This document shows, piece after piece, positions 1 to 13,838 of a DNA stretch of 64,000 bases. The stretch covers positions 49,416,001-49,480,000 of the forward strand of contig NC_045696.1 in the NCBI RefSeq assembly GCF_009834535.1, in the 5' to 3' direction. The notes beneath the pieces are model-generated. The model was given only the letters and a program-made list of their open reading frames with translations. It had not been told where the DNA came from and made no database searches. This stretch comes from Camelus ferus (Eukaryota). The number at the start of each line of letters is the position of its first letter. Within the stretch, counting starts at the first letter, position 1. The translations under genes and the position numbers were made by a program.

Positions 1-333
1 AAATCTCATAAATCTTCAAAGGTCTTCACTGGGTGGGCAATTTATCAGTCTGCTTTTGTATCTTCCTGGTAAGTGTCAGCTGATTTACATGACTATCTCT
101 GAAAGCAACAGAAACCCACAAGATGACTTGAGTTTCTCTGGGAAGAAACACACCAGGCTACGATCCTGCCATCTTGTTTATTCTTCATTCTAAACATTCA
201 TCAGGTGAATGGCAGTGCTCTTTCTTTATAACATACAGATGTTAGTATCTGTCTCTGCATTCCTTGAATTTACACCATCCTGGTAAAAAGACACAAGGCA
301 ACAAAGGAGACTGTATAAGCATGCCTTCTTATG

Positions 334-338
<5 letters not shown>

Positions 339-400
<62 letters not shown>
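339..400 (+). repeat. (CA)31 microsatellite
   Basis: Perfect CA run of 62 nt. Confidence 0.98.
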
Positions 401-404
<4 letters not shown>

Positions 405-469
405 AGTCTTTATATTATTTTCATAGTGTTGGTTAGTAAAATTTACTAAGGTTTTCTGCATAAATCATT

Positions 470-615
470 TTACCTAATCCTCAAAACATACAGGAGGTAG
501 AGATTACTGTTGGACATTGTATAGATAAGGAAAATTAGGTTTTAGGGGTCAAAAACTCACCCAAATAACAGAGGTTAATGACCAGTGGGGTTGGAATTTT
601 AACTCATGTTTTCAG
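470..615 (-). mobile_element. MIR SINE fragment
   Basis: Degenerate MIR-core-like sequence (aatcctcaaaacatacaggaggtag...tatagataaggaaaattagg...cacccaaataacagag). Boundaries approximate. Confidence 0.55.
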
Positions 616-2199
616 CAGAAAAGTCTGCTGTCCCTTCTCAATATGAAGGTGATGTTACTTTAGTGTTGCTTCAAACTGGTATTTACATTTTCCTTAACTT
701 TTAAAATCTTTTCATCTTGTTTCTCCATATTGTCTTGTGTGTTTATGGTTCCCTTATGCATAATTATTGACAAGTACTGGAGAGTTGAGCTAGCTAAGCC
801 TTTCAGCCATTTGGGTTACCCTCTATTTTCCATCTCAAAAACACCCGCACTGGAGCTCATTAGAGCACTTCCTTGTGATCCATCAAAGTCTTCTAGGACT
901 ACTTGGATGAAAGTTATGCTCATAACTACATGCGAAAAAGATTTAAACCACTGTTGAAAGTTGCATGTTTTCTAAATATTGTTGGATGAAAAAATTTGCA
1001 AGTGAACTTAATCATGTGATAAAGATGATGATCTTTTTTTAATTTATGTTTGACTCATTTAAAAATGATATTAGACTAGTCCAACAGAAGAAGTCCTTAT
1101 ACAATATGAGACCATCTGCAATGTGGTCTCTGAGCTCTAAGCAGCAGAGATACGGGAGAAAATAGATTGGTGGATGAAATTCTAAACACTGTAAAGGATC
1201 TCTTGAATCCTGACTTGACCTTGTCTAGAGGATCTCCACTGTAGTGGCTGTGTTAACATTAAAAATAGCTTTGCTAAAATAATAGTCCAAATGTTTCTGA
1301 AAATTTATAATAGTATATACAGCACACTTTGTAACATTAAAAAGTTACATAAAATAAATTATATGAGGGTTCTCATATGTTCCTGCAATGAGGTTTGGTA
1401 ATATGTACAAGGATCAGAATGAAAATACAGATTTCTGCTGCCTTCAGTGCTTTTTGAAGCAAGATGGATAAATAATAATTTAAGAAATTAATTTCTCTTC
1501 AAGTCAAACTGGCTAACATAGCCAGATTCAAAATAGCTTTTGGCTTTTTGTAGCTCATGTGGACTGAATACTCTCTAATTGGAACTTGGCATTTGAACCA
1601 GTTGATAACAAGCAACTGTTTCATAATACTGTAAATTAAGATCACTCTAGGTGATCTCAGTTATTCTGAAAGGGCATCACATTTATCAAAGCGTATTTAC
1701 TGTGTGTCTACTATAGGCATAGATACCATGTTTTCATTGTATACACTTTGGCTGCTGCCACTGCACTCTTTCCCACTGATTTGAAAGCCATCTTCTGATT
1801 TCTTGTAGGATCAGTGCTTAGAATGTCAGCAAATCCAACCCATCACCTCTCTGGATACATCGCCTTCCTACCAGTCTAAGCGCAGTGTTCTTTTAAAACC
1901 AAGTAGGGACTTTCCATGATTGTTTCTGGCCCCTGGATTACCCATTGGTTTTCTTCTTTCCCAGTAACTGCATTCTAAAGCAGCTCCAAACTTCTATTTA
2001 TGTGTTCTCCTGATTCCTAGACCTTGGCCATGTTTTACTTATAGTTTCTGACTCTTTTTCGTTCTGAGTTGCAGTTTTTGTGTTTTGTCTGTATTTCTTC
2101 CCATGTTGCCATCCATAGAATTAAAGGGATCATTCATTTTTGACATTTGTCAACATCTTGGCCAACTAATTGTAACCTCATACCAAGAGTTACAACTAG

Positions 2200-2480
2200 C
2201 GGCTACCATTTATCGAGGTCTTATTATGTGCCAAGTTGTATAGCAGGGAATTACAAATTCAAATTAGTAAAACTATAGTCGTACTTTAAATTATGATTCA
2301 TTATATTGCTTTAAAAATTATTAAATATTGTTTACTATAAATTATTAATGTTATTAATTATAAAGTATTCATGTAATCTACACAGTAACCTGGTGATGCA
2401 CATACTCTTATAATTCCCATTTTACAGATGAGAAAGCAGAAGCTAAAGAGATTAACGTGACCAGTTACATCACAGCCACT
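2200..2480 (-). mobile_element. MIR SINE interrupted by an AT-rich stretch
   Basis: ctaccatttatcgagg...tatgtgccaag and cccattttacagatgagaaagcagaagct are MIR hallmarks in antisense orientation. Confidence 0.7.
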
Positions 2481-2579
2481 CATTGTGATCTCAAGAATCT
2501 CAGCCTAAATTTACGGAGCTATGTGATTAGGAATTAGTTGACTGTTATCCACAATGAAAATGGCAGGAGTTCAAATGAG

Positions 2580-3200
2580 TGAGACTATTTTGACCTTGGT
2601 TTTGGAAAGTTTTTTGGAGGTGGCAGAATTAAGCTGAGTTCACAGTTCACATTGAATGGTGGGTAAGATGTAGTCTTCATTAGTTTTGCAGATTTATTCA
2701 AATAAATCCTGCACATTTCCTTTTTAATTTTTTTATTATATACTTTTGCATTACTATGAATGGTATTCTTTTTCATTATATTTTTTCTAGCTGGTCATTA
2801 CTGGTAGGTATATAGAAAAAAATCTATTGATTTGGGGATGTTTTATAATCTGCAGCCTTGGTAAGCTCTCTTATTAGTTCTACTACTTTTGCATGTGATT
2901 TTCTTAGGCTGTCTGAGTAGGCAACAATCGTATCATCTACAAATTAAGATATATTTGGATATTCTTTGCCAAAATAGATATCTCTTAAATTCCATTACAG
3001 CATTAAATAATATTGGTCATAGCTAGCATCCTCATATTATTCTGCATTTTAGTAGAACTATTTTTAGAACTTTACTATTAAATGTAGTGACTACTGGTTT
3101 CAGATGAAAGTCCTTCATCAAGTTAGAGAAGCATCTACTTGGTCCTAGGTAACAATGTTTTAAGTAGCAATGGATATTTATTTAATCAGCCTTTTTTTTG
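2580..3200 (-). mobile_element. Old LINE-1 (L1M) ORF2 fragment
   Basis: T-rich antisense L1 motifs (ctattgattttggg...ctgcagccttggtaagctctcttattagttcta...gcatcctcatattattctg). No intact ORF. Confidence 0.6.
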
Positions 3201-4959
3201 GCATTGGTTGGGTAAGATGTGGATAAGATAGAGTTGTTTGACTTAACAGTGGAAGAATGGCTTGAGCAAGGTAGTGCTGCAGTGGAAATGCGCAGGACAT
3301 ACCTAAGGGACAAATTTGGTTGAAGAGATGAATTCATGCTGGTGAAAGAAATGAAGAGATTAGAGACGGCAGACCTGCGTAGAAACTTTGAATTCTAGGC
3401 TGAGGAACTTGGGCTTACGCTATGGAATACATTGTGGGAAGACAGTGAGGAATTTTGAAGAGAGGGATGATGTGAATAGTAGTGTTTGTTTTCTTTTGGG
3501 AAATTTGATTTTCCATTTTTGTTCAGGATCCACTGGCTAGGAATCTTGTGTGAAGGTCATTGTAAACATTGGGATGTAAGATAACGGGGGCCTGACCAGG
3601 CAGCTACCCGGTCCCCGGCTGCTGGGGAAGAGTCTGAACAGGAAACAAGTCAGTTAATTCCATAGACACAGGGGGTTATATACCTGGTATGTGGTACCAA
3701 AGCAGAAATAGAAGAATGGCACCTGTTATGTGGAGGTGTCAATTTGAGCCACAATAATATGTGGAGCGAGGATTACTTGAATAGTTTTATATACAAAAAG
3801 AGGTCAGAGAACCAAGGAAAATGAAATCAAGGTGTAGAAAGTCAGAAACAGAAGAATGAAAGGTGGTAACAAATGTGAAATCAAATTTTCTTAAACTGAT
3901 TGAACTAAACTGGGATGATCTTGAACGGAATTAAATACAATTTCACTGTGGCTTAGGAGAAAGGTACAGGCTGGAGATACAGGTCTGCAAAGGAACTCCA
4001 ATATTGAGAGTTAATGCACTTTCCAAGGGCCAGGGCCAGCTAAATGAACAATAAGCTCAAGGATGCTTTCCTCAAGAAAGTGGAGACCTGAGCATTTTTG
4101 AAGATAGAGAGCCAACAAAGAAAATTTTTGAGCAAACCAGACATAAGGAATTATTGATAGAGAAAAATCTGAATCTGTGGGAAAGCAGGAGGTTTGGAAT
4201 TGGAGAGGAGAGTAGAGGACCAAGAGGTGGGTGTCGGAATTAACCTAGGAAAGAGTATATAGAGTCCATAGGACTGTGCTCAAAGTACATACGCAGGTAC
4301 TGTCTGGGAGAGAAAAAGGAAAGTGGCCTCAAGCTTCTCAGTGAAGTAAGAGACGGGGTTATCTGCTAAGAAGATGGAACTAGACACAAGGGTAGAGGGA
4401 AAGCATGACAACAACCACGGTGTGGAATTTTTCAGAGAATTAATTAGGAGAAAAAGAATTTCTGAACATTAATTAGGAGCCGCTGTCTGAATCTATCAAG
4501 GGCTGTTGGGCTGGAATATGAAGTTTCCTCAGAGTGTGACCCCTCTCGAGCTGTTTTCTAGGGCATGAGGTGAGGGAGGGGTGAGGACTGGGACAGGGAA
4601 TGAATGGGAAGAAGTCCAAGGAGGCAGAGAGATTGGAGATCATAGTGACTCTGCCATCAAAGGACTGACCAAAGCCTCAAGCCTAGGTAGAAATTCAACA
4701 GTAATGTAGTAGATTATTACAGATTGTATTTTTCAGCATTTTTATGTGCAAAGTAACAGAAGATAAACAGACATAATGGCTAAAATCTTTCACTGTGTAG
4801 TCCCAACTTAGACACACATCAAAAGGCTGGCCCTTGAGCTATCCAACCTCAGCAGTAGGAGTTCAGTTAACCATTGTTAACCATCTTTGAGTTGACTCTA
4901 TCATTGGTATTACTGTATACATATATAATCCCCACCCAGTAAAGTGAAAGAGAAATTGA

Positions 4960-5080
4960 GCTAGAAATCAATGAGTCTAGATTTTTATCCTTACCTCTGC
5001 CACAGAACTGTGTAATTTGGGGCAGATTGTGTCACCCTTTTGGATTTCAATTCCCTCATCTGTTAAAAAGAGGGGATGGG
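4960..5080 (+). mobile_element. MIR SINE fragment
   Basis: ctctgccacagaactgtgtaatttggggcag...caattccctcatctgttaaaaagagggg matches the MIR core. Confidence 0.65.
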
Positions 5081-5139
5081 GAGAAAGAGGAAGGGAGAGG
5101 GAGAGGGAGAGAATAATTAAAATAGATGTGTTTTCTTCC

Positions 5140-6172
5140 AAGTTACATTCCCACCAACAGTGCAGGAGGGATCCCTTTCCTCCACACCCTCTCCAGCATT
5201 TGTTATTTGTGGGCTTTTTAATGGTGGCCATTCTGACTGGTGTGAGGTCATCCCTTATTCTAGTTCTGTTTGCATTTCTCTGATAACTAGCGATATTGAG
5301 CATTTTTTCATGTGCCTATTGACCATTTGTATGTCTTCACTGGAGAAATGTCTGTTTAGGTCTTCTGCCCATTTTTTGATTGCATTGTTTGGTTTTTAAT
5401 TTTTTTTATTAAGTTTTTTGAGCTGTTTGTGTATTCTGGAAGTTAAGCCTTTGTCAGTCACATCATTTGCATATATTTTCTCCCATTCTGTAGGTTGTCT
5501 TTTCATTTTGTTTATACTTTCCTTTGCTGTGCAAAAGTTTAATTAGGTCCCGTTGGTTTATTTTTGCTTTTATTTCTATTGCCTTGGTAGACTGATCTAC
5601 TAGAACATTGCTACTACAATTTATGTCAGAGAATGTTTTGCCCATGTTCTCTTCTAGGAAGCTTATGATGTCTTTAATCTATTTTGAGTTTATTTTTGTG
5701 TATGGTGTGAGGGAGTGTTCTAATTTTATTGATTTACAAGGAGCTGTCCAGCTTTCCCAACACCACTTGCTGAAGAGACTGTTGTTTCTTCATTTTATAT
5801 CCTTGCACCTTTTGTCAAAGACTAATTGACCATAAGCCTGTGGGGTTATTTCTGGTCTCTCTTTTCTGTTCCATTGATCCATACGTCTGTTTTTGTACCA
5901 ATACTATGCTATTTTGATTACCATAGCTCTGTAGTATTGTCTGAAGTCTGGGACGGTTATTTCTTCAGCCTTGTTCTTTTTCTTCAGTATTGCTTTGGCA
6001 ATTCTGGATCTTTTGTGATTCCATATAAATTTTAGAATTATTTGTTCTAGTTCTGTGGAAAATGTCCTGGGCAATTTGATAGGGACTGCATTAAATCTGT
6101 AGGTTGCTTTGGGTAGTATGGCCATTTGAACAGTATTAATTCTTCCAACCCAGAAGCATGGGCTATTTTTCT
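5140..6172 (-). mobile_element. LINE-1 ORF2 C-terminal fragment, relatively young
   Basis: Minus-strand ORFs give L1 ORF2 peptides: [19 protein letters not shown]...[37 protein letters not shown] and [34 protein letters not shown]. Confidence 0.93.
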
Positions 6173-7149
6173 TTAACTTTCTCTAAAAAATGATTGTCTT
6201 TCTGTATTTTCTAAATGTCCCCACAATGAACATGAATCAACAATATGATATAAGTAATACATATAAAGGTGAAGGTAAAGGAGCAGTAACAAAATAAAGT
6301 CAGAAGTGAGATTAGCATTGGGATGCATTTCTCTGACGTTATGTATAATTGTTAGATGTCAGCCACAAATTCAACTATGAGTTTCTAGCACCCAGTGCAA
6401 AAAGAGAAACGACCAATTCCATAATCCAGAAGGTGCATTCAGTTAAAAACCCATCCCTTTCTCAATAGGGGCACATGTAATCCTATTGTTGATACTTAAG
6501 AAATCTCATATACCTGAATTATACCGTGTAATGTGAGAAACAGTAACTCCAACAGCAGTCTTCTAGAAAGCACAGTGATGAGTTTCATGGAGTGATCTGG
6601 GTATCCCTCAGTTCAGACTAGTGACAGTTTACAAAACAGTAATTCTGTATAAAGCAATTGTCTAGGAGGTGGCATGATGCCCATAATATATTAGACAGGT
6701 CAGACAACCTGGCTTAATTCACACCTAGATTTTAGAGTGCGTAGGAAATGGATGTACTGTATTTCCTTCAAGCAATTCGACATAAATTTTTTTTTTCATT
6801 CAAGCTTTTAATAAATAAGCAATAATGAATTTGTCATTGTCCTTCCTGGCAAGCCTTGAGAATGCAATAATCTGATGAGATTTGTTAATACACAGACATG
6901 TTTTCTTTAATAAGTTAAGGTAGTGGAGGGATGAATACCCTTTTATAAAAATTAAGGACTTTAACAAGAACAGATGCAAATATCGATGGCCACCCCATGT
7001 CTCTCAGAGGCTGTCAACAAGAACACCTTGGAGAGAACCGATGGTCTCCTTACAAACTAATCTCCCTGAAATGGGGGTGCACCTTTTTTGAATGTTCAAA
7101 GTTAAAAACTGTGTTTGAATATGTTCTTTTTAAAGTTCAAACTTGATAC

Positions 7150-8070
7150 TGCCTTCATCCATCTTCCCCTAATAATAACATCTTAGTAATGTCAAACTAC
7201 AGACTTTATTTGTATTTCATCAGGTTTTTCCTGTTATTGTCCTTTTTCTTCAGAAAGATTTGATCCAGGATAACACAATGCATTTGCTCAGCATGTCACT
7301 GAAGTCTCCTCTAGTCTGTGGTAGTTTCTCAGTCTTCCCTTGTTTTTTATGTACTGAGAGTTTTGAGAGCACTGATCAGATATGTTGTAGAAATTCCCTC
7401 AGGTTGGGTTTGGTGTTTTCTCGTGATTAGATTGGGGTTATGGCTTTGCAGGAAACATAGCAAGAGGTGAAATGACCTTTTCATTGCCTTATATTATATT
7501 GGGTGCATATTATCAACATGATTTGTCACCAGTGATGTTAACCCTGATCACTTGGTTAAGGATGGTGTCTGTCGTGTCTGTCCCCTTTAAAGTTACTGTT
7601 TTTTCCTTTTCATACTCTGTTCTTTGGAAGTGAGTCACTAAGTTCAACCTGTACTCAAGGGGAGGGAAATCTAGCTGTGATTCCTGGAGTGGAGAGTGTC
7701 TACATATATTCCTTAGATTTCTTATCTAAGGAAGATTTGTCCCTCCACCCCCATTTATTTCTTATCCAGTCATTTACTTACATTAATGTAGACACATAGA
7801 TAAATATTTGCTTCATTGGTTTTTTAATCCAGTGCTACAGTTAGTTATTTTGTTGCTCAAATAGGTTTAGTTTTGGTCATTGGAAGGTCTGTCACTTTGG
7901 TTCCTATGTCCTTTTGACAAATGACATTTGTGACGTGCATCTATCTTTTTCCCTTTTTTTGTTCTTTCATATTTAAAGCAGTTTCTTTCTAGCACTATTA
8001 TATGCTTCAGGCTTACCTTTATTTTCTCTGCCCCAGCCCAAGAAGTAGCCACATTTCCAAGGAGCCTGTT
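7150..8070 (-). mobile_element. L1MC/L1MD-type LINE-1 3' region
   Basis: Motifs such as gatccaggataacacaatgcatttg...gtctcctctagtctgtggtagtttctcagtcttcccttg...gttaaccctgatcacttggttaagg resemble old L1 3'UTRs. Subfamily from memory. Confidence 0.65.
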
Positions 8071-10425
8071 AAATAATTTTTTATTCATGAACTCAGAATC
8101 TTAAACTGAAGTTTATTTTTACTTGTCTGAAGGCTGATGCAAATTTGCAGACAGTCCATCTTACGTATATGAATCATCCCTGCTCTTTTAACTTAACGGT
8201 GTCAGCAAATGTACCTGACATGCAATTGAAAAGCTTATCAGTTATCAAAAAGCTTATTGTTGTGGTTTTAACCAGATGGATGCCATCTATACAAAAAATA
8301 GTCTGAAATGGCAACTAGTATTTTTGTTCAGTCAGATCTTGGGTGACCAGGGATGATTTCATTAACTTCTGCTCTCAGAAATAGTGCAATGGCAATTTAT
8401 ATTTTTGAATCTAGTGGAGGAGATTGGTATAAATTTCTTAGCTTGCATTTTCTAAATATTTCCTTAGTTTCTCTGTTCTGGAACGTTGCTGAGCTCTGGA
8501 CAGCTGGCCAGAGCTAAATGCCAGCTGTTTTCCCCCATGAGCCATGTGTTCTAGGATTCACTCGCTGATAGATTTATAATCCTTTGCTGTGACTGGGAGG
8601 AAAGTAAACGTGTCTCTAAAATACACTACACACAATCTAGGTACAACCAGGGAAAGCAGCAACTTATTGCCACTTCTCTGATCTTGAAGATACAAAAAAG
8701 GGGAGAAGGTAGATTGTCATTGTGGAAAAAGAGAGTATAGTCGTGTTATCAAGAGATTACATTTTCCCTGAAATGTTCCTTTGTTTAATCCATTTCTTTC
8801 CTTAAAATATTATTGTAACCTTCCTAGATGAGTTGAATTTGCTTTCTAACTCCCACATCAAAATATCTCACAGGGCAATACCCTAATATTAAAAAGTTAA
8901 GAATAAAAATCTTTTTCTTAATAACCTAAGTCTCCATGATGCAATGGTTGTTTGATATAGTGCTCTAATACGTTCTCTTTAATGATAAATTGCTTTGATA
9001 ATGGTCAAAAATCAGTAGTTTCATTGTCATGTTTCTTAATTGTAACAGCCAATATACTACTAGGTGACAGAAACTAGACATTTATAACAGTAAAAATATG
9101 TTGGGGAAGGAACTAATTCATGCTTATGTTTGAACATGGAGAACTAGTCTGGCTTTAAAAAACACTCATTTGTCAAAACCTTTGTTTCAACACTTTTGCT
9201 TTTACATTATTAGAAGAAATTGCTGATAATCTCATTTCCTGTGTGGTGTGAATGGGCCACACCGGTCAGGTTTCCATTCTGCCTCATCATTCACAATGTC
9301 TATGACTCCCTGGAAACAAGCAAAACATGGAACAGAAGGAAAGGTAGGACCCGATAATAATGATACTTCTGCCACCAGGTCTTATACTGTTACAAAATGC
9401 CTTCTTATGCTCCCTCTCTTTTGACTCGCCTCGTCGCTTTTGCCCAGACACTGACTCGGGCAGAGCTTCTTGGGTGTCATTTCAAACCCCTCACTGCTCT
9501 CACTGATAGCAGGACCAGAGCCCCCCGTACAGATGAATCTCCAGATCTTTACATGTCTGAGAGCCTGAGGATTTCCAGCGCTCCCTTAACCCCGAAGATC
9601 TCTATAAAGTGCATTTAGTAAGAGACACCAGAAAATAAAGCGACACAAATACAGTGGGGGGGTTAGTGGGATGACGTCAGCTGCACTGAAGACCTGAAAA
9701 ATAAGAACGACCTAAACATAAGGGGATTAGAAAGTCATTGCTGCTCTTATTGTTTCCAGCTTTATTAATTAGGTGAACAGCCCAAGGGGAGAGACCTTAG
9801 ATGGAGCGTGAGACGTGCTGTGGTGACAAGAGCTCATGATGTGGCCAGGTTCACCCAAACCCCCCCATTCCAGCAGTACCAGTTTCAGTCAGAGGCACAC
9901 CTAGTATGACAGAAGCATCCGTTTTCGAAGTCAGAAAGGGCCTCAGTGATGCCCCCCATCTTAAATGATGAAACAAGGTTGAGAGTTACTAGCTTGTTTC
10001 ACCTCACTCAGGGAGATGGTCTTTCCTACTTTTAAAGCTTCCACAAAAAATTATAGAGCTCTTTCCCCTGTGACCCCCTTCCAGAGTTGACCACTGTTAA
10101 GTATCACAATATTTCTCCTGGCGTTCAGCTTGAATCACTCATGCTGAGATTTGTGCCCTTTCCCTTGAGAGATAGGATAAAACAAATTACATGTATTCTT
10201 GTTTGTGCATCATCTTATTTTAGTTGAAAAGTCTTCAACTTAAGGGTATATGATTTGGGAGAGTATGTTTTTAAAACTGACCAAAAAAAAAACCAAAATT
10301 CAAAATAACAAAACCTTCTGATTCACTTCACATTTATATCTGTCTTTGTATATGAAACATTCATGACTATTTCTACAGTCTTTTGATCATCAAACCTATA
10401 TTAAAAGTGTCAAAAAGACCTAATT

Positions 10426-10572
10426 GTTTTAAGTCTCCTGGGATTTTGTTTGTTTTTGGTGGGGGTAGGTAATTAGGTTTACTTATTTATTTATTCTTAG
10501 AGGAAGTACTGGAGATTGACCCCAAGACCTTATGCATGCTAAGCATACACTTGAGCTATACCCTGCCCCACC
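10426..10572 (-). mobile_element. Vic-1-type camelid tRNA-derived SINE with 12-bp target-site duplication
   Basis: Reverse complement reads ggggcagggtatagctcaagtgtatgcttagcatgcataaggtcttggggtcaatctccagtacttcc...aataaataaataagtaaacctaattacctacccccacc. It is flanked by direct repeats aaagacctaatt at 10414-10425 and 10573-10584. Confidence 0.85.
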
Positions 10573-13500
10573 AAAGACCTAATTTTTAAAAATTTATTGT
10601 AACTTTGCTGATTATTGCTCTGTAGCATGATAACATTAACTTCATAGAACAATGAAAATTAAGACCCTACAGGGGGAAGTCACCATTGGAAAGTTCTCCT
10701 TGAAACCACATCAGCACAAGGAACACTTGGCCAAAATTTATCTGTGGGTAACAGTAGAATGCAATTGTTATGCAAAGCTGTGGTTACCTATGTTAACTTT
10801 CCCTTATCAGGAATGTGTAAGCTAATGGATGCAGCTATTACTTTATACATTAGACAAATGTTTTTTAGAATGAAAATAAGGAGACTTTTTCACTCTACAG
10901 AGAACCTTCCAAGTTATAGAATATGTTTTTTAAAAAATACATTATTTGTTGGGGCAGGGGGGTGTTTGAGCTCAAGATAATGTGTTGAGCCCTTTTGGCA
11001 ACTTCAATAATGAGAGGACCTTCCCTAGGTGCTGCCGTGGTTTCATCCTGCTGGAACTGAAGAAGTCCTTGCATGTCACCCATTTCAGTCATCTCTTTTC
11101 TCAGATAGGAACTCAGGCCAAGACAGATTGAGTTACTTGCTTAGGACACCCAGATTGTTAATGACAGGGCTACAAAGAAAGCCCAGGTGTCCTGACTCTC
11201 ATCTTAGTGCTATCTGACCACAGTTCACAAAACTACCCCTTGACGCCCCTTCGAGGGAGGTGGGGGAACTTCTAGTAGAAAGATGGGTGGCACCATGTAA
11301 AACTCAATGTGCTGTAACCCCAAACACTGAATAGAGGGTGGAATATGACCTGGGTCTCACAAGAATGAGTGCAAAAGCACTCTGGAGGGCTGCCTGGAAG
11401 ATCTTATGGACCTTGGGATGGGGGAAAAATAGGAAAACCCCTGGGGCTTAGGGAACATTCGCCTGTTTTTTTTTTTTTTTTTCAGTCTCATCCTTTTATA
11501 TTAAAAGTCAACCAAACCTCAAGTAAGACCTTCAGTGTTTAAATTTCAGTGCCTTACACAAAAAACAACAACAAAAACCTTACCAACTTCTCCATGTATT
11601 GAACATCTGTTATGGGTCAGAATAAACACTTTAACTTCCTTATTTTATTTAATTACCACACAGTTTCTGTGCAGAAGGTATGATCTTTGCTCTCATCCTC
11701 AGACTGCACCTCCAGCCTTCCATCCTGGAGTCTGTCTTTCCAGAGCTTCATCTCTTTGTCCAGCAGCGGGACTGGGTTCGGCTCTTCATTCTGGCTGCTC
11801 CATGGAGGGTCAGACTGAGGACCAGTCTCTTCAATTCTGTGTCCCACTCAAGCTCCAGAAGCCCTTCCTGGTCTGGCCTCTAGACCAGGTGAAAGGTTGC
11901 AGGTCCATCCTGGAAGTAATAACTTCTGGCCTTGGAACTAGAGCATCTGTTGTGAAGCTTCTTCTCCCTGGAAACTGGGAAAGCCCGCTTACTCCCTAGC
12001 CCCTTGTTATCCTTCATATGGGTGTGATTTAATGTTGACTTTTTAAACTAAGATGCTCCATGCTCATTCAGAGTTGGTGATGTGTTCACTAGCCTACCAC
12101 TGTCATCCTGGGTTTCAGTTCCCTTTGAGTCCCAAACTAGCTCTTTAACCAAAGTTCAAATCCTCCATGCTAATTTGCTTCTCTGTGGCTTTGCACCTGC
12201 TGTTTTCTCTATTTAGAACACTTTTCTTCTGTCATCCATCCAGAAGTGTTGTGCTCATCTTTCAAGGCTCAGTTCAAATATCCACTCTGTTAAGACTTCT
12301 CTGATCACTGCCTTCCTTCCCCACTGCTGGGATACTGTATTTATTGAGGAAGAAAAGAAATTGTGAAAACATGGAGTTCTAAAGTTGTCAGGAACCTTGG
12401 AGATCAATTAATCAAAGTTTAAATTTTACAGGGTAAATGATCCAAAAAATACAAGAGGACTAAATGACCTATGAACAAAGACTTGTTGGTGCAGAACAGA
12501 AATTATTACTCAGATTTCCTCACTTCTAATCCGAAGCTGTCTTCATCAGACTAGGTTGGGGCCACACTAACTTGTAAACTTAACATTCTATACAGAGGAG
12601 ATGCCTTTGGTTGGCTGCCTCAACACCCTTCAGTGATTGCAGTGCCCACTCTTAAAAATGAGGTTGATATGAACATTTCACTTTGTGTTTCTGAACTGAG
12701 GTACATTAGTGGAGCAGCTTGAATGTTAGATTAATATTATCAGAAAGGGGTAGTTCAGGAATATGTGCAGCTTTGGAGAATGAGGGGAGAGAAACAAGGA
12801 CCAATGAGGACAGAGATCATTGAATAAGAAAGACAGTGACAAACTGATCTTTTGAATTAACACATGAGTGCCAGCAGGCCAGTTCCTCTAAGGTTGACAG
12901 TTAAATGTCTACCTGTCGGTAGAAAAATATCCACTGGTCCGTAAAGTGACCAGTAATGTTGAAAAAATGAAAAGCTATTAAAAAGGAGTAATAGAATCAA
13001 ACAGGCAGCAAAAGGTTCAGAGAACTCATCAACAAAAGGAAAGCAAGCCACTTGCTAAGGACAACCTATTCTAAATGTAGTTTTGTATCCAGAGGGCAAA
13101 AAAATTGAGAACAAATTCTCTAACAATTGAATTTATGGTAATGGAATGTAAGCACATCAGCCCACCAGGACAAAGTACTCAACAAATAGGAGAGTGGGAA
13201 AAAATAACTTTGCCCTTCAGAAATACATTTTTAACTTTAGGTAGCAGGAGTTGAGAGATTTCTTGATGAAAATGCCTGAAGTCCTGCTATTGCATTAGCC
13301 TTAATGGTTGGGATTTGGCGGATGCACTAAAAGCACCCAGAGATCAAAGCAGAAGGTGAATGCCCTGAGTCTGATAGAGTATCAGACACATGAGGAGAAG
13401 CAAAGGCAAGTTTTCCATGGATGCCAAGTGCACGTTCCCCTGGGTAACAGGGAGGACAGCTGTCGAGTTAATGGGGTTAATTCCCTGATGGGGTTAATCT

Positions 13501-13838
13501 GACAAGTTTTTTTTTTTTTTTTTTGCAGTTGTTTCATCTTTATGATACAGCATGATAAAAATAGTAATATCTGTTAGGGTTTACAGTTTTCTAAATGCTT
13601 CAAATTACATGACTTTTAATAGCCTATGCTCACAATCATCCTGTGAGTTAATGCATTTTTATTGTCTGAGCTGATCGGTGGCAAGTCATAGCCCCTTCCA
13701 CTTTGTCCCCAGCCATTACCTACTTCCATATGATCCTGACCCTCTTCTCCCCCACTTCACAACCCCTGATAAGGCCTGAGTTGGTCTCCAACCCTTAGCT
13801 CTGACTCTGAATTTCTGATATGCCTCTGTTCTTGGAAC

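Noticed and set aside
264..461. ORFs with THTHTH / CVCVCV runs (also at 41783-42019)
   Set aside because: Translation artefacts of CA/TG microsatellites.
10500..10570. tRNA-like sequence
   Set aside because: It is the tRNA-derived head of a SINE with a tail and TSD, not a functional tRNA gene.
11535..11999. 154-aa ORF
   Set aside because: Non-ATG start, no recognisable homology, and partly repeat-like sequence.
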